From a virus (lineage: Duplodnaviria > Caudoviricetes), in the IMG/VR virus record IMGVR_UViG_3300042565_000430, positions 1-27,430 of that record: a stretch of 27,430 nt of DNA, one strand, 5' to 3'. The notes under the pieces were generated by a model. It saw only the letters and a list, made by a program, of their open reading frames with translations. It had not been told where the DNA came from and searched no databases. Every line of letters starts with the position of its first letter. Position 1 is the stretch's first letter. The translations under genes and the position numbers were made by a program. Below are positions 1 through 7,104 of this stretch, piece by piece.

Positions 1-2
1 CG

Positions 3-113
3 TACAGCCGAAATGTTGCATCGGGTGCTTTGGGCGGTGCTTTGGCTGGCGGCCAACTGTTTGGCCCTGTCGGTGCAATCGGTGGCGGCATTCTTGGCTT
101 GCTTGGTGGTTAA
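3..113 (+). CDS. C-terminal fragment of a probable ejection/DNA-transfer protein (glycine-zipper tail); 5' truncated by the window
   Basis: Frame from 3 reads YSRNVASGALGGALAGGQLFGPVGAIGGGILGLLGG* with TAA at 111-113. GxxxG repeats are typical of podovirus ejection proteins. Not in the ORF track. Confidence 0.7.
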   Translation, partial: YSRNVASGALGGALAGGQLFGPVGAIGGGILGLLGG

Positions 114-123
114 GGGGATAAAA

Positions 124-1635
124 ATGGCAACAGATTTTGACTTCTCAAGCATCTTTGGTGGCGGCGGCATGGGTGGCGTGCCATCTGGTCTTGATGCGCT
201 ACTGAGTGAAGACCAGCGCAAGCTGATGGGCCGCAACGCTACTCTGGCGGCGGCTGCTGCACTGCTGCAAGCCGGTGGCCGTAGCACCACCCCCATCGGC
301 CTTGGCCAAGCCCTTGGCTCGGCACTGCAAGCTGGTCAGCAGGGCTACCAACAGGCGCGTGCTGGCTCGGTGCAGGATCTGATGCTGAATCAGAAGTTGC
401 AGGAGGCTAAAACTGCCCAAGATTTGCAAAAGCAAATTGCGGGTGTATTTGCAGAAGCACCTCCCATGCTGTCTCCGCAGCAGCAAGCATTGATGGCCCC
501 CAACATGCAGCTTGGCCCAACAAATGCCCGAGCAGAACTGGCCGCAAACATTCCACCACCATCTGCTGATGAATTGTTGGCGGCCCAATATCGCAGGGCA
601 GCGCAAATAGCGACAAGTTCAGGCAAAGGTGAAGACGCAAAAAGATACATGGACATTGCAAGAGAACTCACCCCACGGCCCGAAGTCAGTGGACAGCCAT
701 TTGAGGTGACTGATGCCACTGGCAAGCCATTGCTGGTGCAGCAGATGAAGTCTGGTGCTCTGCAAACTTTGCAGGGCTTTGGCCCCAAGCGAGAGATTGT
801 TCTGCAAAACTTGAACAATAAAACGATCGCAATTGATAAATCAAAATTGACCGGTAACGAGTCTTATGCAATGGGGATGTCTCCAAGCGAGGAAGCCAAC
901 TTGCGTATAGCCCAAGGCAATTTAGGCGTGGCTCGAGCTGGTCTTGGTTTGCGCCAATCCGAATTTGACCGCAATGCCTTTGATATTAAAGAAGGGCCAG
1001 ATGGTCTGATGTATGTGCCAAAAGCGCCAGGCGCTCTATCCATGCCTGTTATGGGCGCTGGCGGGACTCAATTGCAAGGCACTGGTTCAAAGCCTACTGA
1101 AGATCAAAGCAAGTCTGCTGGCTTTGCATTCCGTATGAAGCAGTCAACGGACATCTTTAATCAGCCGGTTACAGGTGTTGATGGTCAACCAATAATTGAT
1201 CCAGCTACTGAAAAACCAATTACGCTTGAGCAGGCATTTGGAAGACCTGGCAGGTTTCAGGCAATCATGCGATCCATCCCTAGTGCTGGTCTGACTACTG
1301 GAGTGGCCAATGTATTTGAAACAAGTGGCCGCCAGCAATATCGCCAAGCTCAAGAAAACTGGGTCACAGCCAATTTGCGGCCAGAGTCAGGCGCAGTGAT
1401 TGGCGTGGAAGAAATGGAAAAAGAGATTACCAAATATTTCCCACAAGCTAGTGATAGCCCACAAACCATTGCTCAAAAACAACGCGCTAGACGCGATACC
1501 GAACTAGCAATGACTGTGCGTGCTGGCCCAGCTTACAAGCAAGTTGAAAAAGCAGTGGCTGCAAGGCCACAAGCTGGTACTCCTCGACTTGTCAGAGATC
1601 CAGTGACTGGTGTTTTGCGTTATGTAGCGGAGTAA
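124..1635 (+). CDS. Probable ejection (internal virion/DNA-transfer) protein, 503 aa
   Basis: Start moved to ATG124 (AAGGGGA RBS upstream; the longer track ORF overlaps the previous gene). A/G/Q-rich with N-terminal GLGQALGSALQAG zipper. Lies in a run of similar genes. Confidence 0.65.
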   Translation: MATDFDFSSIFGGGGMGGVPSGLDALLSEDQRKLMGRNATLAAAAALLQAGGRSTTPIGLGQALGSALQAGQQGYQQARAGSVQDLMLNQKLQEAKTAQDLQKQIAGVFAEAPPMLSPQQQALMAPNMQLGPTNARAELAANIPPPSADELLAAQYRRAAQIATSSGKGEDAKRYMDIARELTPRPEVSGQPFEVTDATGKPLLVQQMKSGALQTLQGFGPKREIVLQNLNNKTIAIDKSKLTGNESYAMGMSPSEEANLRIAQGNLGVARAGLGLRQSEFDRNAFDIKEGPDGLMYVPKAPGALSMPVMGAGGTQLQGTGSKPTEDQSKSAGFAFRMKQSTDIFNQPVTGVDGQPIIDPATEKPITLEQAFGRPGRFQAIMRSIPSAGLTTGVANVFETSGRQQYRQAQENWVTANLRPESGAVIGVEEMEKEITKYFPQASDSPQTIAQKQRARRDTELAMTVRAGPAYKQVEKAVAARPQAGTPRLVRDPVTGVLRYVAE

Positions 1636-1639
1636 AAAA

Positions 1640-3457
1640 ATGGCTGACAAAATTGTTCAAATCCCCAACATTGGGCCAGTTGCTTTTCCAGAGGGCATGT
1701 CCGATGCCGACATCATCAAGGCCATTCAGACATTGCAAGTGCCAGCGGCTGCACCGGTTGCTACGCCAGCACCGGCTGGAAAAACCCCCGAGTCTTTCCA
1801 ATCAAAGATTTTGAACTCTCCTGTCGGTGGCGTCATTCGTGGATTGCGAGACATCCCAGATGCTGGCGCTCAATTGCTGACCCGCGGCCTTGAGGCAGTG
1901 TCTCCATCTGGGTCAAGCATGGAGCAGTTTTTCAAGTCTGAACGCCAACGAGTTGAGGACATCAATCGTCAGGCCGAATTGGACTATCAAAGAAACTTTC
2001 GCCAAGGACAGATGCGTCAAGGTGAAATCGATGTTGGCCGTGTAGGCGGCAACATCCTTGGCACACTGATCCCGACAACAAGGGCAATCGGTCTGCTTGG
2101 TGCTGCAACAGCGCCAGTGCGTGCTGGTGCTATCAGCGGCGCGGTCAGCGGAGCTTTGCAGCCAGTAGCGGCAACGCCAAACATGACCAACCCAGAGTTC
2201 TTTGCCCAGAAAGTCGAGCAGACAGGCGCTGGCACGGCATTTGGCGGCCTTGCTGGATATGGCGCAGACAAATTGTCGAAGGCACTTTTTGGAAATAGAC
2301 CACCAGCCATGCCAGTGGCTGGTCAGCCAAGCACTGCTGGCGCTCAAGTCAATGTCACCACAACACCAACCGCCACAGGTACTGGCGGCGGCTCAACACT
2401 TGGCGCTGTCGGGCCGGACACATCAGCCGGACTGACTGCTGCGCAACAGGCCATTCTGACCCGTGGCAAACAAATGGGATTTCGCACGACACCTGGTCAG
2501 GAAACCGGATCTCGGTCTTTGCAGCAGATGGAAGCAAGGATGGAGTCCAGCCCGTTTACTTCTGGGCCATTCAACACGCTCAAGGCTGAGAATCAAAAGA
2601 TCCTCAACCGATCCACAGCGCAAGCTATTGGCGTCAATGCAGATGAGTTGAGCAATCCACAGTTGGCCCAAGCACAGCGTCAAATCAGCAGTGTTTATCG
2701 CCAAGTGGCAAGTCCTGAAGTCAAACGGCTGGATGGCAACACCATCCAAACCGGCATTGACATTCTTGACAACGCCTTTGAGGGTCTGACTACTCAGCCA
2801 CTTAAAGGCAACATCTTTGTAAAGCAGTTGCAAGAACTGGCCGCCAAGGGTGAGGCCAGTGGCAACCAGTTGCAGACTCTATCGTCAAAGATTGGCAAGC
2901 GTGCCAAAAACGAGATGACCACAGCAATGGGTGATCGTGAGCTTGGCAGTGCTTTGTTCCAGATGAAAGAAATTATTGACGATGCACTGGCGCAAGGTTT
3001 GTCGGCAGAGCAACAGGCTGCATTCCAAACAGCCCGTGCCAACTATCGCAACCTGATGACCATCCGGTCAAACCAAGGTGTGGTCAATCCATCAACCGGC
3101 AATGTGTCGGGCTTGAACTTGGCCAGCGCATTGACCCGTAAAGACCCACAAGGCTTTGTGTTTGGCTCTAACCAAACGCCAATGTATGAGGCTGCAAGGT
3201 TTGCCCAAGCATTCAAGCCAATTGTTGGCGACTCTGGGACTGCGACCAGGTCAATGGAGGTGACACCATTGAGCATGTTGCTGGCAGCGCCGACAAACAT
3301 TGCAGCGCGTGCTTACACATCTCAGCCGGCTGCCAACTTGGCAACAGGATTGCAGACGGGTATTGCACCAGGCACTGATCTAGCTACGCAAGAGCTTTTG
3401 AGGAGAATGCTGCCTGTAACTGGCGCATCTGGTTTTACCAGCCTTTTGAATCAGTAA
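1640..3457 (+). CDS. Probable ejection/DNA-transfer protein, 605 aa
   Basis: GGAG RBS. N-terminal 'VAFPEGMSDADIIKAI' motif typical of phage ejection proteins, Gly-zipper hydrophobic segments (GAISGAVSGAL, GTAFGGLAG), helical C-terminal half. Confidence 0.65.
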   Translation: MADKIVQIPNIGPVAFPEGMSDADIIKAIQTLQVPAAAPVATPAPAGKTPESFQSKILNSPVGGVIRGLRDIPDAGAQLLTRGLEAVSPSGSSMEQFFKSERQRVEDINRQAELDYQRNFRQGQMRQGEIDVGRVGGNILGTLIPTTRAIGLLGAATAPVRAGAISGAVSGALQPVAATPNMTNPEFFAQKVEQTGAGTAFGGLAGYGADKLSKALFGNRPPAMPVAGQPSTAGAQVNVTTTPTATGTGGGSTLGAVGPDTSAGLTAAQQAILTRGKQMGFRTTPGQETGSRSLQQMEARMESSPFTSGPFNTLKAENQKILNRSTAQAIGVNADELSNPQLAQAQRQISSVYRQVASPEVKRLDGNTIQTGIDILDNAFEGLTTQPLKGNIFVKQLQELAAKGEASGNQLQTLSSKIGKRAKNEMTTAMGDRELGSALFQMKEIIDDALAQGLSAEQQAAFQTARANYRNLMTIRSNQGVVNPSTGNVSGLNLASALTRKDPQGFVFGSNQTPMYEAARFAQAFKPIVGDSGTATRSMEVTPLSMLLAAPTNIAARAYTSQPAANLATGLQTGIAPGTDLATQELLRRMLPVTGASGFTSLLNQ

Positions 3458-3478
3458 CCTGCACCATAAGGAACTGAC

Positions 3479-4660
3479 ATGGCCCTGCTTGATGACGAAG
3501 AATTGTTGCCATTCTTTGGCAACCCCAACATCCAGCGCCAAGGTGCAAAGGCCAGAGCCTTGGCCGCGCAGCGTGATGTCAATACCCTGCCCGACCCGCG
3601 CACCTATGCTGCCGTCTCCGGCCTGCTTGGGACTGCTCCTGACCAGATGGGTTTCAGTGTTCTGAATCCTCAGTATGAGTCGATCATGCAGACCGCCCGT
3701 CCGGCCTTTGCTACCGGCACGGCCTTGGGTGTTGCTCCAGTTGCTGGGCTTGTTGGCAAGGTGGGGGCTAAAGTTCTCGGGCCAACAGCAGCAAGGATGA
3801 CTGAGGGCTATTTGCAGCAGCAAGGATTGATGCCTGGGATTTTGCCACCTAAGCGCTTCCAGGGGCCGCGCCTAGAAGGCATGCCGGAAGCAGTTGATGT
3901 CGGTGGCCGCATGGAGCAGTTTGGCACTGATCAGCGCATCGTTGACATTGCCAAGCAGTACATGGCCGACAGGGGCATCACTTACAGCCCACAAAAACCT
4001 TATGCAGAAGTTGATGTCAAGCGAGCAGAAAAAATTGCCAAAGAATATGCGGCAATGAAGCATGACCCCAATGATCCAAAAACAAAAAAAGCATACAAGG
4101 CTTTAGCCAAAGAAACTCAGGATCAGTACGAGCAGCTTTTAAAGGCGGGTTACAAGTTTGACTTCATTCGTGGTGCTGATCCATACGGAAATCCACGAAA
4201 TGCAATCAACGATCTTGTGATGAACAAGAGAATGTCAGTATTCCCCACCGAATCGGGCTTTGGATCATCAGCAGCCGACATAAGCGGCAATCCACTTTTG
4301 GCTAGATCGGACTTAAGAATTGCCAACGACCCAAACACGACATACAACGATTTGTTTCGAGCAGTGCATGATGTTTTTGGGCATGCCAAGTACGGCGTAG
4401 GATTTCGAGCTAGGGGCGAAGAAAACGCATTCCAGTCTCACGCTCGGATGTATTCACCAGAGGCATTGCCGGCAGCGGCGTCAGAGACGCGAGGCCAAAA
4501 TAGCTGGGTCAACTACGGGCCGTTTGGTGAGCGAAATCGAATTGCATCACCAGCAGACACAATTTATGCCGACCAGAAAACAGGGCTGATGCCAGCTTAC
4601 ACCTACCAAGAGGGGCTGCTAACAGACTGGGCCTGGCCGCAGGGGATTTACAAACCCTAA
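3479..4660 (+). CDS. Putative ejected virion protein with C-terminal His/Glu (metallopeptidase-like) effector domain, 393 aa
   Basis: AAGGA RBS. Low-complexity GLL-type N-terminal part followed by a globular domain with FRAVHDVFGH...GEENAFQSH...SETRGQNSWVN. Function is inferred. Confidence 0.55.
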   Translation: MALLDDEELLPFFGNPNIQRQGAKARALAAQRDVNTLPDPRTYAAVSGLLGTAPDQMGFSVLNPQYESIMQTARPAFATGTALGVAPVAGLVGKVGAKVLGPTAARMTEGYLQQQGLMPGILPPKRFQGPRLEGMPEAVDVGGRMEQFGTDQRIVDIAKQYMADRGITYSPQKPYAEVDVKRAEKIAKEYAAMKHDPNDPKTKKAYKALAKETQDQYEQLLKAGYKFDFIRGADPYGNPRNAINDLVMNKRMSVFPTESGFGSSAADISGNPLLARSDLRIANDPNTTYNDLFRAVHDVFGHAKYGVGFRARGEENAFQSHARMYSPEALPAAASETRGQNSWVNYGPFGERNRIASPADTIYADQKTGLMPAYTYQEGLLTDWAWPQGIYKP

Positions 4661-5074
4661 GCTGCGGTCAATGACATAAATTTCTGGGGTGCAATCTCTG
4701 CCAACAAAGACGATTGCATTCTGATTAAATTTTCGACCAAGTTGCTTGGCCTGGTTAAGGCTGACACCAAGCAGCAGCAAGCCATTTTCGTTTTTCCATT
4801 TGCCACGAGGGCATCGGCCCAGCATTGGTAGAAACTGAACGCACATTGATTCAACCTCCCGAATCAGCTTCTCATGAAAACTCAGGTTTTCTTCATCAGA
4901 GCAAACTTTGCTGGCCGGATTAAATGCGGTGATGCAAGATGCTGACTGATGGTTTTTCTCAGAAAACAATCCCTCAATCTCAACACTCCTGATTCTTGGC
5001 TGCAATGTAAATTTGCCATCTACCTCAAACCTTGTATTCAAGTACGAGTCAATCAGTTGACTTGCAGCATCCAT
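4619..5074 (-). CDS. DUF3293-family protein, SAM-lyase-like, 151 aa
   Basis: Motifs ITAFNPAS...SDEEN...E.G...LGRKFNQNAIVF match my recollection of DUF3293. Coupled to the upstream gene by a TAATG overlap at 5076-5072. Confidence 0.75.
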   Translation of the reverse strand: MDAASQLIDSYLNTRFEVDGKFTLQPRIRSVEIEGLFSEKNHQSASCITAFNPASKVCSDEENLSFHEKLIREVESMCVQFLPMLGRCPRGKWKNENGLLLLGVSLNQAKQLGRKFNQNAIVFVGRDCTPEIYVIDRSLGFVNPLRPGPVC

Positions 5075-5463
5075 TACCTATTCACCCCAAAAAATGCTGC
5101 TGTCAGCGGGTCGATCTTGATCTTTCGATTCCTCTGACGGCGGCGTGCATTTAGAAAATCTTTATCGTCAGCGCTCATGCGCTTCCTGTAGTCCCGCTGG
5201 CGCTCGGCATTCGTTCTAAATGTCGGGTACTTGGCATCAACGCCATCACCCGAGGCCCACACGGCTACCGGCACACCGACAGCACCCTGCCTGTACTCAC
5301 TGATGTGAACTAAGCGCTCTTTGTGCAGTCGCTCAATCACCTGATACGCACTGCGCTGTGAGCAGTACACCCGAGGCCAAATCTCCACAACAGTCAGCGG
5401 GCCAAGCGCCAAGAGCTTGACGATGGACGGCTGGCAGCGTGGGATCAATCCTCTTTTTGCCAC
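5074..5463 (-). CDS. Winged-HTH DNA-binding protein, 129 aa
   Basis: GPLTVVEI...SQRSAYQVIERLHKERLVHI wHTH pattern with basic C-terminus; GTG start overlapping the previous ORF. Confidence 0.6.
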   Translation of the reverse strand: MAKRGLIPRCQPSIVKLLALGPLTVVEIWPRVYCSQRSAYQVIERLHKERLVHISEYRQGAVGVPVAVWASGDGVDAKYPTFRTNAERQRDYRKRMSADDKDFLNARRRQRNRKIKIDPLTAAFFGVNR

Positions 5464-5627
5464 GGTGTTGGCCGTCCAGTCAGGGTCGCCAGTTCGCGGC
5501 GCAATATCTCGCGCACCACAAACACCCTAGTGCGAGCATCAGACGGCACGGCGTGCCCATATCCCTCTGGACTCAAAAGATCGTCCAGAAGCTCCAGTGT
5601 TGCAATGATTCCAGTCTCCATGCTCAT
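5445..5627 (-). CDS. Hypothetical early protein, 60 aa
   Basis: ATGA overlap with the upstream ORF at 5627-5624; part of the leftward operon. Confidence 0.6.
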   Translation of the reverse strand: MSMETGIIATLELLDDLLSPEGYGHAVPSDARTRVFVVREILRRELATLTGRPTPWQKED

Positions 5628-5815
5628 TTCAAATCCCCCGCATCCTTGCGATACAAATGCTGGCTGCCAATCAGTGACGGCAGCTTAAAGGCATCCATAG
5701 CCCCCGCACGCCCACTGAATGGCCGCAATTCAATTGGGTTGTACAGACCCAACATCCTGTTCAGCGCTGGCGCTGGTGTGGCCTTGCCGCGTTTGCCGCC
5801 GACCACGGTACTCAT
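5624..5815 (-). CDS. Hypothetical early protein, 63 aa
   Basis: Start at ATG5815 in an ATGA overlap with the 35-aa ORF; reads MSTVVGGKRGK...GAMDAFKLPSL. Confidence 0.6.
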   Translation of the reverse strand: MSTVVGGKRGKATPAPALNRMLGLYNPIELRPFSGRAGAMDAFKLPSLIGSQHLYRKDAGDLK

Positions 5816-5919
5816 GCCGACCACCATGCAACCAATGCGGCAGCAATGCCAACGCCAATGACCAAGGTCAAGATGTAGTCCAGTGCCGCCTCGGCACGCT
5901 GTGTAAGTTTGTCGTTCAT
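5812..5919 (-). CDS. Small membrane peptide, 35 aa
   Basis: MNDKLTQRAEAALDYILTLVIGVGIAAALVAWWSA*; one TM helix, first gene after the leftward promoter, ATGA-coupled to the next ORF. Below the ORF-track cutoff. Confidence 0.65.
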   Translation of the reverse strand: MNDKLTQRAEAALDYILTLVIGVGIAAALVAWWSA

Positions 5920-5970
5920 ATCGTTCTTTCGTTTGTTGCGTTTGTTGCCAGCGGCTTGCTGGTGTTACGG

Positions 5971-5998
5971 ATTATGCACTAATTATTGATCTGTGCAA
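5971..5998 (-). promoter_or_regulatory. Leftward sigma70-like early promoter
   Basis: Minus strand TTGCAC-N16-CATAAT in an AT-rich divergent intergenic region. Confidence 0.55.
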
Positions 5999-6023
5999 AC
6001 AAGTCAATTTATTGTTGTGCTGT

Positions 6024-6032
6024 TGCTAAAAT
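6024..6032 (+). promoter_or_regulatory. Extended -10 promoter, probably giving a leaderless mRNA for the Cro-like gene
   Basis: TGcTAAAAT ends 6 nt before ATG6039; no SD sequence. Confidence 0.55.
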
Positions 6033-6038
6033 ACACTC

Positions 6039-6281
6039 ATGGAATCAGTACAAGACATTCGGGACAGGGCCAAGGCCAGCGGCATTAGGATGAATGCCGT
6101 CTGCCGTGAGGCTGGCATCCAGCAGCCACAGGTGAGCCGGTGGATGTCAGGGTCTGTCAGCCCTCTGTGGTCATCGGTGCATGCGCTGGCTGCTGCGCTT
6201 GATCGGCTTGTACAAGTCGGTGTGGCCGGTCAAGGTAAGACTCCAGCGCCATCCGAATCAAAGCAGACCGCGACATCTTGA
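6039..6281 (+). CDS. Cro/XRE-type HTH regulator, 80 aa
   Basis: MNAVCREAGIQQPQVSRWMSG...P HTH; no C-terminal peptidase domain. Confidence 0.75.
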   Translation: MESVQDIRDRAKASGIRMNAVCREAGIQQPQVSRWMSGSVSPLWSSVHALAAALDRLVQVGVAGQGKTPAPSESKQTATS

Positions 6282-6348
6282 GGCCGCTGGCCACTGCTGA
6301 CAGCTTGGTCATAGTGTCATCAGGGATGTGGGCTGCAATGTATTTCAT
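6157..6348 (-). CDS. Ribbon-helix-helix (CopG/Arc-like) regulator, 63 aa
   Basis: MKYIAAHIPDDTMTKLSAVASGLKMSRSALIRMALESYL RHH pattern; GAGGA RBS before ATG6348. Confidence 0.75.
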   Translation of the reverse strand: MKYIAAHIPDDTMTKLSAVASGLKMSRSALIRMALESYLDRPHRLVQADQAQQPAHAPMTTEG

Positions 6349-6364
6349 GTGATCCTCAAAAGGT

Positions 6365-6434
6365 GGGGAGCTACTCGCTGCACTGGTGCGCTCCATCGGG
6401 CATCCCCAACAGCCAGCATTCGCTTTCGCCCCCC
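6365..6434 (-). ncRNA. Candidate structured RNA element with loop-E motif
   Basis: GGGGGGC/GCUCCCC, GAA/AGUA internal loop, UGCUGG/CCAGUG and CUGUUGGG-GAUG-CCCGAUGG. G-U pairs form only on the minus strand. Confidence 0.55.
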
Positions 6435-6440
6435 GATTTT

Positions 6441-7004
6441 TTACCAGTTATCGTCAGACTCAACGGCCACAGGGGCGGCTGACTTGCTGATGCCGAAGTC
6501 GGCGGCGGCACTCGGACGCGCACCACCCAGCGGCTCACCCTTTGACACCAGCATGACATTGTTCAGGCCAAAGCTCACGCCATTGTTTCCAGCTTGGCTG
6601 TAGGCATAGGCATTCAACGAGACGCGCCCGTAGTCACCTGAAACGATGTCATTGCTGCCCAGCAGGTCTTGGCCATTGGCGTCCACAGCCCCTGGTTTGT
6701 TGGTGCTCTTGGTGTTGAAGAAGAAGTGGCCGGTGTACTCCTTGCCCAGCGCTGACCCATCGGTCTTGGTCTCTGTATCGCCGTCACGCAGAGGGTTGCG
6801 TACATTCTTGGGGATCTTGTCGCCAAACTTGGCCATCAAAGCCTCTTTAGCGGCAGCCTTCAAAGCCGCCACTGTCTCTGTGTCGGACTTGGGAACCAGC
6901 ACTTGCGTGCTGAATTCGTCCTTGCCATTCATCTCATTCTTGCGGGCGCTCATCACTGAGCAATAAACAAAGCGGCATTTGCCGGTGACAACTCTTGTAG
7001 TCAT
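6441..7004 (-). CDS. DUF2815-family single-stranded DNA-binding protein (T7 gp2.5-like), 187 aa
   Basis: NPLRDGD, SGDYGRVSLNAYAY, GNNGVSFGLNNV, GEPLGG motifs; acidic aromatic tail ESDDNW. Confidence 0.9.
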   Translation of the reverse strand: MTTRVVTGKCRFVYCSVMSARKNEMNGKDEFSTQVLVPKSDTETVAALKAAAKEALMAKFGDKIPKNVRNPLRDGDTETKTDGSALGKEYTGHFFFNTKSTNKPGAVDANGQDLLGSNDIVSGDYGRVSLNAYAYSQAGNNGVSFGLNNVMLVSKGEPLGGARPSAAADFGISKSAAPVAVESDDNW

Positions 7005-7050
7005 ATCGTTTTTCCTGTTTCACGGTAAAGCTGCGGATTGCAGCGATTGC

Positions 7051-7098
7051 ATTGTAGCGCAATTATTTGTTGTTCTAAAAAGTTTTTTGTGCGAGACT
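7051..7098. promoter_or_regulatory. Divergent promoter region between SSB and helicase
   Basis: Minus-strand TACAAT (7056-7051). Plus-strand TTGTTC-N17-GAGACT with TG extension, ending 6 nt before ATG7105. Confidence 0.4.
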
Positions 7099-7104
7099 GT
7101 CGGC

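Noticed and set aside
13-123. N-terminal signal-like extension of the 540-aa ORF
   Set aside because: It overlaps the end of the upstream glycine-zipper gene in another frame; the RBS supports ATG124.
6365-6434. tRNA, hammerhead ribozyme or simple terminator
   Set aside because: No cloverleaf or T-loop, no CUGANGA core, and only a short displaced U-run; kept as an unclassified structured RNA.
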